From positions 1 through 61,610 of the forward strand of contig JAGVYC010000008.1 of the NCBI GenBank assembly GCA_018303485.1: a stretch of 61,610 nucleotides of DNA, read 5' to 3'. This document shows, piece after piece, positions 35,727 to 44,992 of this stretch. The translations under genes were made by a program, and so were the position numbers. Every line of letters starts with the position of its first letter. Position 1 is the first letter of the stretch. Under the pieces are notes generated by a model that was not told where the DNA came from, did no database searches, and saw only the letters and a program-made list of their open reading frames with translations. The stretch is from Candidatus Woesearchaeota archaeon (lineage in GTDB: Archaea; Nanobdellota; Nanobdellia; SCGC-AAA011-G17; JACPNG01).

Positions 35727-37148
35727 TTAAGAATTTAGAGAAGATTTGATCATTTCCATGACTTTTTTTCCCTCTATTTTTCCCCGATATTTTGCCATCA
35801 CTATACCCATTATTGCATTTGCACTTAAATTTTTATTATCTTTTATTATTTTTTCTATGCTTTTTACAATTATATTTTCATCAGCAGGCTTATAATCTTC
35901 AATATTGACAAATTTTCCTTTAGCCCTATCTTCAAGTATTTTCATCATGGCTTCCTTTGTTGCTCTCTCCTTGTCCAAGAATCCAAGAAGCTCCTCAATT
36001 TCTTTATTGCTGGCATTATAACTAAACCTTGTTTTTATTTCCTTTGGCACTTCTACTATAGATATAGCTATTAAACTTGGCAGTATATTCTTAAAACGTT
36101 CAACTAGTAATCTAAAGTAAGTTTCATCTTCAGCAATTTCTAATGCCAGCTGCGGGCTTATTGCGAATTCCTTTTCCAGTTTTATTGCTTTATTTGTTAA
36201 TAATTCAGGCAATTTTATTTCTTTAAGCAATTCATTTGTTATGGGTATTGTTACAATGTCGGTTTCCGGATACATTCTAGAAGCGCTAGGCATTGGCCTT
36301 TGGAAGGATGTTGTTAAATTTGGCTCTGCTTTTCTTACCTCTGCTTTTAACATTTCTCCCTTCTTTAATAGCTCTTCTTGCCTGCTTATTTCATATTCAA
36401 TTATTTTTGGTATGCTCCTCATGTCTTGAAAACCTTTTATTTCAACCCTTGGATTTCCTTTTATGCTTAGATTAATATCCTGCCTTATTGTTCCAAGCCC
36501 CCTTTTTACCTTGCCGCTTGACCTTAAAATCATTCCCAATATAGAAGCTGTTTCTTTTGCATGTTCTGGATCTTTTATGCTTGCATCTGTTGCAATTTCT
36601 ATTAATGGAACTCCTAATCTGTCCAGCCTGTAATTAACTGATTTTTCATTTTCATTAATCTTTTTTGCAGCCTCTTCTTCCAAGCATATTGATAATATAC
36701 CCACTCTTCCTTTTGATGTTTCTATAAATCCATTGCTTGCAATTAATGCAGTCCTTTGAAATCCAGATGTATTGCTGCCGTCCAAAACAATTTTCCTCAT
36801 GAATTGCACAACATCAACTGGTTTTGCATTTACCAATAAAGCAATCTCCAATGCTGTTTTTAATGCATCAATATTTGCATTATGGGGAGGTTCATCATCA
36901 GCTTCTATTAAACAGCTTGAACCTGAACAGCCTTCATAGTAAAATGTTTTTCCTTTTTTTATTTCATACATTGCAGCAGCATCCATTGTTCCCATTTCAC
37001 CTGAAGAAATATGCAGTTTTCTTTCAAAAAATACATCTGCTGGATTTGGATCATTAACTAAGCTCGGGCATTTGCAGAATAATTTGTGCATTTCTAACTG
37101 CTGGTGTATTTCTATGCCGATTTTCAATCCAAAATTTTCAGGCCTCAT
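35727..37148 (-). CDS. gatE: Glu-tRNA(Gln) amidotransferase subunit E, unusually short form
   Basis: GLKIGIEIHQQL, FMRKIVLDGSNTSGFQRT, GKVKRGLGTIRQDINLSI, RMYPETD, and a C-terminal YqeY-like tail. Adjacent to gatD. 473 aa. Confidence 0.8.
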   Translation of the reverse strand: MRPENFGLKIGIEIHQQLEMHKLFCKCPSLVNDPNPADVFFERKLHISSGEMGTMDAAAMYEIKKGKTFYYEGCSGSSCLIEADDEPPHNANIDALKTALEIALLVNAKPVDVVQFMRKIVLDGSNTSGFQRTALIASNGFIETSKGRVGILSICLEEEAAKKINENEKSVNYRLDRLGVPLIEIATDASIKDPEHAKETASILGMILRSSGKVKRGLGTIRQDINLSIKGNPRVEIKGFQDMRSIPKIIEYEISRQEELLKKGEMLKAEVRKAEPNLTTSFQRPMPSASRMYPETDIVTIPITNELLKEIKLPELLTNKAIKLEKEFAISPQLALEIAEDETYFRLLVERFKNILPSLIAISIVEVPKEIKTRFSYNASNKEIEELLGFLDKERATKEAMMKILEDRAKGKFVNIEDYKPADENIIVKSIEKIIKDNKNLSANAIMGIVMAKYRGKIEGKKVMEMIKSSLNS

Positions 37149-37386
37149 TTCTTCTTTCCCAAATCAATTTATTGTTTTTTCTAACTTCTCTAATTCGATG
37201 CAAAGGCAATTCAATATTTTTGTTGCCTGTTTCAAGTGTTAAAAAATTTCCAAATTCTTTTATGTCATCAAATCTAAAGCTCATTTTCTTTTTTAAAATC
37301 CTGTCAGCATAAAAAAATTCATAATCATCCTTCTTTAAGTTCTTGTCAAACCTGATCTTGTCAATCAGTTCCTTTATTGAAATCAT
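37138..37386 (-). CDS. DUF504/UPF0248-like small protein
   Basis: IPLHRIREVRKNNKLIWERR C-terminal signature. It overlaps both gatD (26 nt) and gatE (11 nt). Confidence 0.55.
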   Translation of the reverse strand: MISIKELIDKIRFDKNLKKDDYEFFYADRILKKKMSFRFDDIKEFGNFLTLETGNKNIELPLHRIREVRKNNKLIWERRNEA

Positions 37387-38668
37387 ATTTGCTTAAATAT
37401 TCATCAGGCAGTATTCTTTCTTTGATTTCCCCTCTTATATCTTTTTTAATAAGCTCTTTAACAATGTCTTTCTTGTAATTGCCCAATAACCAGGCTAATT
37501 TTATATATGCAGTTTCTGTCAGCATATCTTCTCCAGAAATAATTCCAATATCCAAAAGATTTCTTCCGGGGCTGTAGACATTCATATTGACGCTGCCAAA
37601 AATGCATTGTGATGTCATTACAACTATGCAGCCGGATTTGACAAGCTTTTTTAATTCATTGAATATTTTTTTATTTTCACCCTGGCTTATTGGCATATGC
37701 CCCATGCCAGTTCCTTCTATTATTAATCCCTTATATCCCTTGTAGCATTTTATTATATTTGCATTAATATTAGGATATGTTTTTAATATCCCGACTTTTT
37801 CTTCAAACTTTATTTTCAAAACATTTTTCTTAGGTTTTTCTTTTTCAATCTTTTTAAGAATTTCAACAGTTCTTGTTTTGTAATTTACCCTTGCTATGGC
37901 ATTGTCATTTATTGGCTTGAAAGCGTCCCTCCTTGATGTATGCATCTTTCTTGTTTTGACAGCCGGCAGGATTATACAATTATCATCAGATTCTGATTCA
38001 TGCATGCATATAGCTACTTGATGAAACTCTGTCTTGTTTATGAATTCTATAGCGCCAACCAGATTCATTGCAGCATCGCTTGAACCCCGATCAGAGCTTC
38101 TTTGAGCCCCAACAATTAGGATGGGAACATTCAAGTGTTCAAACATAAAGCTTAATGCAGCGGCTGTGTAGTGCATAGTATCAGTTCCATGCCCGATTAT
38201 TATTCCCTTAACACCAGAATTTATTTCTTTTAAAACAGCCTTTGCAATTTTAGCATAATTCTCAAATCTCATCTCTTCAGAAAACATGTTGCTTATGAAA
38301 ACGCTCTTTATGTTTGCAATTTCTCTGATTTCAGGAAATAGATCTAATAATTCTTCTGGCTTGAATCTGGAAATAACCCCGCCAGTTTCATAATCGACCT
38401 TGCTTGCAAGAGTGCCGCCTGTATGCAATATAGCTATCTTCGGCAGACCTTTTTTTTGTTCTACCGCTGTCTTTTTAGTTTTTATATTGTTTTTTTTAAC
38501 TTCCTTTGCAAGCTTAATGCTCTTTATGCTGTTTCTGTTTATACCCACATTATAGCCGCTCTCCAGCTTTAGAAATATAACATCTTTGCTTGAATTAGGC
38601 ATTATCCTGCCTTTATAATTTGAACCATCAGCAGCAATATCAACGAAATCACCTATTTTTACAGACAT
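37361..38668 (-). CDS. gatD: Glu-tRNA(Gln) amidotransferase subunit D (asparaginase-like)
   Basis: ILHTGGTLAS, GHGTDTMHYTAAAL, and an N-terminal AD domain. Confidence 0.9.
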   Translation of the reverse strand: MSVKIGDFVDIAADGSNYKGRIMPNSSKDVIFLKLESGYNVGINRNSIKSIKLAKEVKKNNIKTKKTAVEQKKGLPKIAILHTGGTLASKVDYETGGVISRFKPEELLDLFPEIREIANIKSVFISNMFSEEMRFENYAKIAKAVLKEINSGVKGIIIGHGTDTMHYTAAALSFMFEHLNVPILIVGAQRSSDRGSSDAAMNLVGAIEFINKTEFHQVAICMHESESDDNCIILPAVKTRKMHTSRRDAFKPINDNAIARVNYKTRTVEILKKIEKEKPKKNVLKIKFEEKVGILKTYPNINANIIKCYKGYKGLIIEGTGMGHMPISQGENKKIFNELKKLVKSGCIVVMTSQCIFGSVNMNVYSPGRNLLDIGIISGEDMLTETAYIKLAWLLGNYKKDIVKELIKKDIRGEIKERILPDEYLSKYDFNKGTD

Positions 38669-39035
38669 GAAAAATTAATAACAAAATGCCTTTAAATAAT
38701 TATCTATATACTACAAAATATATTTTCTAATTAAATAATATTTATATATATGTTCTTCTATCATATAATTTTACTATAATATTTTAGAAAAAGAGAATCA
38801 TTCATCCTTGATGTTTGGTTTAATTGGGTATTAAACCATGGGCAAATTCAAGATGAACTTGTATTGGGCACGTTTCTTAGTTACTTGCATAACCAAGATA
38901 AATAGTCAGAGTTTAATAGTTGGGTACAATTAAAACTCGTTCTTAAGAGGTAAGTATGCTGAACTTATTTATAAATATTATGGTATTGCAGTATATACAC
39001 CTCAATAATAAAAAAATAAAAAAAAGGGGGACAAA

Positions 39036-40115
39036 ATGGAATTTATCGTACAAAATGCCTTAAAAACAGCCAGTGAATCTGGTAGTTTAAGTCAAATGAC
39101 CACAATAGGTCAAGCAAATATAAAGGTTGTTGGTTGTGGTGGTGCAGGTTCTAATGCTACAACATGGTTATATAAAAAAGGAATACAGGGTGCAGAAGTT
39201 ATAGCATTGAATACTGATAAGCAGCATCTTGATTTGATGAATGCTGATCATAAAATATTAATTGGCAAAGACTTAACAAGAGGTCTTGGCTGTGGCGGTT
39301 ATCCGGAAAAAGGAAGAGACTGCGCCAAAGAATCAATACATGATATCAAAGAAGTTCTAAAAGACACAGATATGGTCTTTATATGTGCTGGAATGGGTGG
39401 AGGTACAGGTACTGGTTCAGCCCCAATTGTTGCCCAGATAGCAAAGGAAGCTGGAGCTATTGTAATTGGTACAGTAACAATGCCATTTGAAATTGAAAGA
39501 GCTAGAATTGATAAAGCAGAATTCGGCTTGCAGCAATTAAGGGACACATCTGATACAGTAATTGTTATTGATAACAACAGGCTGGTTCAAATTGCAGGCA
39601 ACTTGCCAATAGAGCAGGCATTTGCAGTAGCAAACGAGTTGATTGCAACAATGATTAAAGGCATAGTTGAGATAATAGCAGTTCCATCTTTAGTCAATTT
39701 GGATTATGCAGATGTTAAAGCAATAATGGCCAATGGAGAAGTCTCTGTTATAGGCATTGGTGAGTCTGATTCAGAACACCGTGTTGAAGAAGCTGTTAGA
39801 AGAGCACTAGCAAATCCTTTATTGGATGTTAGTTATGAGGGTGCAACAGGCGCTTTGATACATGTAACAGGCGGCCAAGACATGACATTGGATGAAGTTT
39901 CAAAGATAAATGAGATGGTAACAGAAACTCTTGACGTAGACGCTAATGTAATATGGGGCGCAAGAATTAGCAACGAGCTAAAAGGGCGTGTTAGAGTAAT
40001 GACAATAATAACAGGCGTAAACAGCCCATACATACTTGGTAAGGTGGACAAGAAAAAACAAGCTTCAAGATCCATGAGAATGAGTGAAGAGCTAGGCATA
40101 GATTTGGTGCGATAG
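39036..40115 (+). CDS. ftsZ: cell division GTPase FtsZ
   Basis: [30 protein letters not shown]. An SD-like GGGGG lies upstream. Confidence 0.95.
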   Translation: MEFIVQNALKTASESGSLSQMTTIGQANIKVVGCGGAGSNATTWLYKKGIQGAEVIALNTDKQHLDLMNADHKILIGKDLTRGLGCGGYPEKGRDCAKESIHDIKEVLKDTDMVFICAGMGGGTGTGSAPIVAQIAKEAGAIVIGTVTMPFEIERARIDKAEFGLQQLRDTSDTVIVIDNNRLVQIAGNLPIEQAFAVANELIATMIKGIVEIIAVPSLVNLDYADVKAIMANGEVSVIGIGESDSEHRVEEAVRRALANPLLDVSYEGATGALIHVTGGQDMTLDEVSKINEMVTETLDVDANVIWGARISNELKGRVRVMTIITGVNSPYILGKVDKKKQASRSMRMSEELGIDLVR

Positions 40116-40134
40116 ATCATACGATAGATCATAC

Positions 40135-40237
40135 TTTAGGGCATCCATCTGAAAAGATGGTAACTCCCCCTAAACCCCTACTTTAGTCTTTTGCTGATGC
40201 TCTCCCCGGAGCATTGGCATTTTTTTCTTTTTTTTCA
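40135..40237 (+). terminator. two hairpins followed by T-tracts downstream of ftsZ (terminator or small structured RNA)
   Basis: Nested stem TTTAGGG(40135-41)/CCCTAAA(40168-74) encloses CCATCT-GAAA-AGATGG. A second stem is ATGCTC(40197-202)/GAGCAT(40209-14). T7 and T8 runs follow. Confidence 0.4.
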
Positions 40238-40303
40238 ATCAAATTAGATAAAAAAAGATTTTATAAGAAACATTTAAATAATTTTTGCTATTGTTTTCTT
40301 TGC

Positions 40304-40576
40304 ATGTCAATAGACAACAAGATGTCAGAGGATTATGTAATAGATAAGAAAAAGGCATTAGTGCAATGCGCCATACTGGGTTATCTAATCGGGTTTGGAG
40401 CTAAAATGCTTTTTAACAACGAAAGCCCGCATGGCAATGTCATTATACCTGGTTTGATGACAGCCAACAATTTCCAGCTTGAAGCCAGAGGTTATGCAAA
40501 GAACATCATTGTTTATAACATCTGTTCTTTTGTTGGATTTGCAACTTACAATGCCCTAGAGATTTTAGTTATGTGA
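40304..40576 (+). CDS. small membrane protein (hypothetical)
   Basis: The ATG at 40304 lies about 25 nt after the TATA-like CATTTAAATA. Two hydrophobic segments. Confidence 0.35.
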   Translation: MSIDNKMSEDYVIDKKKALVQCAILGYLIGFGAKMLFNNESPHGNVIIPGLMTANNFQLEARGYAKNIIVYNICSFVGFATYNALEILVM

Positions 40577-40598
40577 TTTTTAACTATTACAATATGGT

Positions 40599-41081
40599 TT
40601 AAGATATTACTTTCTTAATCAATCCAGTTCCAATCAATGCCAGATATTTTGAATAAGTCCCATATGGCCTTGCAATTCCAATTCCAGTGCCGCCAAGAAG
40701 TATAAAACCGCCAGATGTTGCCTTGCTCGCCATATCATTGTAAGCTAGCTGTTTTAATCCAACAACATGATTACATTCATTATCAATTGCCTGCTGTGCC
40801 ATGTCCTCCAGGCATTTTTGGACAACATCTGTTTCAAAGTTATGTATATCTGCTTGTGTTTTTGTCGAATATAATGTTATAGCCATGTAATCTAATTTAT
40901 TGTAATGTGGAACAAAGTCCTCTGGAGAAAGATGTGTTATATTGTTTCTTATATAATCTTGCAATGGCCCTTTTCTTGTTTCTTCTTGTTTTCTTAGCTC
41001 TTCTTTCAGCCTTTCTTCAAGCTCTATTTCTTCCTTGCTTTTTATAGTAATATGCCGCCTAAAGAGTTTTATAATTTTCAT
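40599..41081 (-). CDS. hypothetical protein, weak YbjQ/UPF0145-like C-terminus
   Basis: Coiled-coil N-terminus. The C-terminal NHVVGLKQLAY...LIGTGLIKK resembles YbjQ-type domains. Weak call. Confidence 0.35.
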   Translation of the reverse strand: MKIIKLFRRHITIKSKEEIELEERLKEELRKQEETRKGPLQDYIRNNITHLSPEDFVPHYNKLDYMAITLYSTKTQADIHNFETDVVQKCLEDMAQQAIDNECNHVVGLKQLAYNDMASKATSGGFILLGGTGIGIARPYGTYSKYLALIGTGLIKKVIS

Positions 41082-41136
41082 TTTACTTTTAAGTGGTAAA
41101 AAGATTTATAAAGGTTATGCTTGGCATTTGTTTTTT

Positions 41137-41178
41137 TCAAGGCAGGTCTTTCAGGTACGGCCAGAGAGTTTTGAAGAA
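41137..41178 (-). pseudogene. 3'-terminal remnant of an SGNH-like paralog
   Basis: The reverse strand reads ..FKTLWPYLKDLP*, matching the last 12 codons plus stop of gene 48631-49827 (2 mismatches over ~40 nt). No gene body is attached. Confidence 0.6.
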
Positions 41179-41192
41179 AAAGACATCAATCG

Positions 41193-41206
41193 AAAGGTTT
41201 AAATAT
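41193..41206 (+). promoter_or_regulatory. BRE/TATA-like box AAAGGTTTAAATAT upstream of the ATPase gene
   Basis: Centre is about 43 nt upstream of the ATG at 41244. Same core as the boxes at 14987 and 55455. Confidence 0.4.
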
Positions 41207-41243
41207 TAGTATACTTTAAAGTAACTTACTCTAGATTAATAAA

Positions 41244-42620
41244 ATGGCATTCATCAACAGAAAAGAGGAATTGAAACTTTTGAAAGATAGGATTGCTTCT
41301 AATAAAGCAGAATTTATAATAATCTACGGTAGAAGAAGAGTCGGAAAAAGCGAAATAATAAATGAGATCTTAAAGCAGAATTATGGCCTAAAACTCCTCG
41401 CTAGAGAAGAATCTGAAGAGCTCCAATTAAGAAAGTTCTCTGAAAGCCTGTCTACGTTTTTAAAAGATGAAACTCTGGCAAAAAACCATTTTAAAAATTG
41501 GGATGCATTTTTTACATATATCAATGAACGTTCAAAGAAAAGAATTATTATAGCACTTGATGAATTTCCATATTTGGTTGCTGAAAATAAATCAATAACC
41601 TCCATATTGCAAGACTATTGGGACAATAAATTGAAAAATAGCAAGATATGCTTAATTCTTTGTGGCTCAAGCATTTCTATGATGGAAAGATTATTGGGGC
41701 ATAAAAGCCCGATATATGGCAGAAGAACGTCACAACTCTTGATAACGCCATTTAGCCTTAAGCAGGCATTAGACTATCTAAATATGACTTTTGAAGATGC
41801 AGTAAAAGCCTATTCTGTTTTTGGCGGTACGCCTGCCTACGTATTAGAATATAACATTAAAAAGGATTTACGATGGAACTTGATAGAAAAAGTATTAAAG
41901 AAAGACTCTTTTTTATGCAGAGATGTAGAATTCGTTCTCAAAGAAGAGCTTAGGGAGCCAAGGTATTATTATTCCATAATATCCTCTGTTGCAAAGGGCA
42001 ATACAAAAATATCTGAAATTATTAATGATACTGGTCTGGACAAAGGAATAGTAGGAAAATATCTGTCAATTCTAACAGAACTAATGCTGATCAAAAGGGA
42101 AGTCCCAGTAACAGAAAATCCTCTTAAAAGCAGAAAGGGTATTTATATAATAAGCGATAATTTCTTTAAATTTTGGTTTAGATTTATTTATCCGAATAAA
42201 GAGACTATTGAAAATGAAAATTATAATGTAGTTATTGAGAATATATTTAAATATTTAAATGATTATATTGGCCATACATTTGAAGATGTATGCAAGGCAG
42301 CATTAGAAGAAATGAACAGATCGAATAAAATTAATTTTTCTAAAATCAACAGGTGGTGGTACAAGGATAAAGAAATAGACATAGTTGCCTTAAATGAAGA
42401 TACAAAAGAAATAATGTTCTGCGAATGCAAATGGCAGGATAATGTAGATGCAGGTAAAATTTTAAATGAACTAAAAGAAAAGGCAAAATTTGTAGACTGG
42501 CACAATGGAAATAGAAAGGAACGATATGCAATATTTGCAAAGAGCTTCAAAAAGGCAATAAAAGAAAAGGATTTGCAGATGTTTGATTTAAAAGATATTG
42601 AAAGAGAACTAAAAAAATAA
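41244..42620 (+). CDS. archaeal ATPase family protein (Arch_ATPase AAA+ domain plus DUF234-like C-terminal domain)
   Basis: FINRKEEL..IIYGRRRVGKSE (Walker A), IIALDEFPYL (Walker B), and C-terminal EIDIVAL...ECKW. Confidence 0.75.
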   Translation: MAFINRKEELKLLKDRIASNKAEFIIIYGRRRVGKSEIINEILKQNYGLKLLAREESEELQLRKFSESLSTFLKDETLAKNHFKNWDAFFTYINERSKKRIIIALDEFPYLVAENKSITSILQDYWDNKLKNSKICLILCGSSISMMERLLGHKSPIYGRRTSQLLITPFSLKQALDYLNMTFEDAVKAYSVFGGTPAYVLEYNIKKDLRWNLIEKVLKKDSFLCRDVEFVLKEELREPRYYYSIISSVAKGNTKISEIINDTGLDKGIVGKYLSILTELMLIKREVPVTENPLKSRKGIYIISDNFFKFWFRFIYPNKETIENENYNVVIENIFKYLNDYIGHTFEDVCKAALEEMNRSNKINFSKINRWWYKDKEIDIVALNEDTKEIMFCECKWQDNVDAGKILNELKEKAKFVDWHNGNRKERYAIFAKSFKKAIKEKDLQMFDLKDIERELKK

Positions 42621-42683
42621 ATGGTTAAAAAATGTCAAATTTATTGCTTTACAGAATAGCTGCTTAGAAATAAATCTCGATTT

Positions 42684-42704
42684 TCAAGGCAAGTCTTTCA
42701 GGTA
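42684..42704 (-). pseudogene. very short 3' remnant of an SGNH-like paralog (YLKDLP*)
   Basis: TCAAGGCAAGTCTTTCAGGTA is identical to the 3' ends of 47333-48586 and 48631-49827. An in-frame stop lies immediately upstream. Confidence 0.5.
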
Positions 42705-42763
42705 AAGCTACAAAATAATAATATGAAAACCAGGATAGCAACATATTTAAAACTTAGATATTT

Positions 42764-43645
42764 ATGAAGTTCATGAAAAAAAGAGGGCAATTAACAGCTT
42801 TTGTTTTGGTCGGATTTGTTATTCTTATAGCAATTGTTCTGCTGACGGTATTATATATGTCATTGGCAAGAGTTTCTGTAAGCAACAAGCAGTTTGTCAA
42901 TGATAAGATTGAAGAAGTAAATGCATATGTAAAAGATTGCTTGGAAAATGGCCTTGTTAAAGGGTTAAGATTGGTTGGCACAGATGGCATAGAAGAATAT
43001 ATGAAATCAATTAACTGTCTAGGTGTATTGGGCAGTGTTTCTGGCATCGAAATCTATTCTACAGATGATGATATTAATGCAAGTTTAAATAATGATAAAA
43101 TTGATGCAAAGTATTTTGCTGATATTTCGATAAACAAAGGCAGCACAACATCTAGTTTAAACAGACTCGACTTTTCTTACAACCTTTACCAAGAATTTAA
43201 TGTTGATAAAGATAAAGATGGAAAAGCAGATACTGATTTAAGCCTAGGTTCTTTTGCAGGTGTTGGTGTTTTGACCATGCCAAGAGATATAGGCATAGAA
43301 CAGGGTAAGATAGTTGTTGGGATTAAGCCAAGGGAAAATGAGAACATGCTTAGTGATATAATTTATATTAACCCTGAGAATGATTTTAATCCTTTTGCTG
43401 CATTGAACATAGTTTATAGTAACTGCATTGATGGCAATACGGCGATAATCAATAGGCAGACATTAGAATCATTTCAAACAAGTTGTCTGCAGCTAAATGA
43501 GAATGTTTATGCCATATCTGAAATAAAAGAATCCTCTGAATACTTTGTTGGCTCTTGCAGTAATTTCAGATGCTGCTGGAACGGGAACTGCAATGCAAAT
43601 ACTGGAGAAAGCTGCATACCTTCAATTTATAATCCATGTCCATAA
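42764..43645 (+). CDS. secreted protein with an archaeal class III (type IV pilin-like) signal and a Cys-rich C-terminus
   Basis: MKFMKKRGQLTAFVLVGFVILIAIVLL (KRGQ followed by a hydrophobic helix). The C-terminus is GSCSNFRCCWNGNCNANTGESC. Confidence 0.55.
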   Translation: MKFMKKRGQLTAFVLVGFVILIAIVLLTVLYMSLARVSVSNKQFVNDKIEEVNAYVKDCLENGLVKGLRLVGTDGIEEYMKSINCLGVLGSVSGIEIYSTDDDINASLNNDKIDAKYFADISINKGSTTSSLNRLDFSYNLYQEFNVDKDKDGKADTDLSLGSFAGVGVLTMPRDIGIEQGKIVVGIKPRENENMLSDIIYINPENDFNPFAALNIVYSNCIDGNTAIINRQTLESFQTSCLQLNENVYAISEIKESSEYFVGSCSNFRCCWNGNCNANTGESCIPSIYNPCP

Positions 43646-43648
43646 TGA

Positions 43649-44257
43649 TTAATATAATCTAGCAATTCTAACTAAAACATCCATGTTTTGATCGGGTATG
43701 TCTTTAATAATGGGGTTCTCTCCATCATAACGATGGGCTATTGTTCTATTATTAATTCCCTCAAAATCTATAGAATTTATGATGTTTACGATGTTTTTAA
43801 AACCCTCTTTAGATTCATTAGGACTAAAATAAATACAAGTACCATCACCTTGTACATTACACCCTCTAGACACATTATTTGCAAAATCATCTATATCTAA
43901 AATTCCGTTCCTATCTCTGTCTTCATTATTGAAAGCTAAATCTTCTAGTCCATTATGGTAAACCGTTATATCACATTCCCCATTAGCGCAAGGATCAACA
44001 GTGCATTCTCTTTCAATTTCTGGCTTGTCATAAGTTGTTCCGCATTCATTAAGATCCCGGCAGACTCTGTACTGATTTCCATCTCTCTGGCAAGAGCCCC
44101 AGTCATTGCAAACCCAGTCTTCTATGCAGCCATTTCCACCATCGCCATTATCTGAACTTCCAGAAGAAGAGCCGCAAGAAACAAGATAAGACAAGCTTGC
44201 TACTGCTATTGCTGTTCTTAGGAATTTGCTGTTTCTAATATTATCTGTTAATGACAT
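43649..44257 (-). CDS. secreted lipoprotein-like protein with a Trp/Cys module
   Basis: Signal with LVSCGSSSGSSDNGDGG, then CIEDWVCNDWGSCQRDGNQYRVCRDLNEC. Confidence 0.6.
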   Translation of the reverse strand: MSLTDNIRNSKFLRTAIAVASLSYLVSCGSSSGSSDNGDGGNGCIEDWVCNDWGSCQRDGNQYRVCRDLNECGTTYDKPEIERECTVDPCANGECDITVYHNGLEDLAFNNEDRDRNGILDIDDFANNVSRGCNVQGDGTCIYFSPNESKEGFKNIVNIINSIDFEGINNRTIAHRYDGENPIIKDIPDQNMDVLVRIARLY

Positions 44258-44298
44258 GCCTTTTTATAGGAAAGAAAGGCTTAAAAGGGTTTTGCTGG

Positions 44299-44512
44299 CA
44301 TTGAAACATCTTGCTTAAGTTTAGATAATGATATTTATGCCATATCTGAAATAAAAGAATCCTCTGAATATTTTGTTGGCTCTTGTGTGCGGTGAATGTC
44401 CTGTTATAGCAAGTGATTCAGGTGGATCCGGGTCGCAAGAACCAGCTAATCCTCAGCAACCACCAGAAAATCAACCAGTTGAGCCGGATAATTCACCTGG
44501 TTGGAACCCTTA
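44299..44512 (+). pseudogene. decayed 3' fragment of a paralog of 42764-43645
   Basis: Reads IETSCLSLDNDIYAISEIKESSEYFVGSCVR* compared with FQTSCLQLNENVYAISEIKESSEYFVGSCSN in the intact gene. A shifted frame continues with VCGECPVIASDSGGSGSQEP. There is no 5' part. Confidence 0.6.
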
Positions 44513-44992
44513 ATTTCTATTATAAGATAATGTGTGAGATATAGAAACAGAATTACCATAATCATCTGTGCCGTTATATGTTACCATAAATCTTTCAGAA
44601 GAACAGTTGCTATCCCATTCATCAGGTATGTTTATCGAACTTTTTGGCTGTATTGATTTAAGTATATTTTCTCTTACCTCTCCACCACCACATGTACTAC
44701 CAACTATTCTAGATGTTAATGTAACGCCGGTTCCATTAAGTTCTGTTATATTATCTGAATAATAATGCGTTATGAATCCTGCTGGTGGATCTCTTGCTGG
44801 ACCGCCGCAAACTGCTTGATCAGTAGGACCGCAAACCAATTCAACCTTTAATCTTGCAGGCAAATTATTTCCACCATCGCCATTATCTGAACTTCCAGAA
44901 GAAGAGCCGCAAGCTATAGCATAAGCTAAGATGCTGGTTGCTGCAACTGTTCTTAGGAATTTGCTGTTTCTAATCTTATCTGTTAATGACAT
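44510..44992 (-). CDS. secreted lipoprotein-like protein, paralog of 43649-44257 at the N-terminus only
   Basis: The first ~43 aa and the upstream leader are near-identical to the neighbour (MSLTDKIRNSKFLRT...CGSSSGSSDNGDGGN). The remainder is unrelated. Confidence 0.6.
   Translation of the reverse strand: MSLTDKIRNSKFLRTVAATSILAYAIACGSSSGSSDNGDGGNNLPARLKVELVCGPTDQAVCGGPARDPPAGFITHYYSDNITELNGTGVTLTSRIVGSTCGGGEVRENILKSIQPKSSINIPDEWDSNCSSERFMVTYNGTDDYGNSVSISHTLSYNRN

Noticed and set aside
38838-38933. 31-aa ORF (MGKFKMNLYWARFLVTCITKINSQSLIVGYN) in the gatD-ftsZ spacer
   Set aside because: There is no ribosome-binding or promoter context and no recognisable motif. It is too short to call without conservation data.
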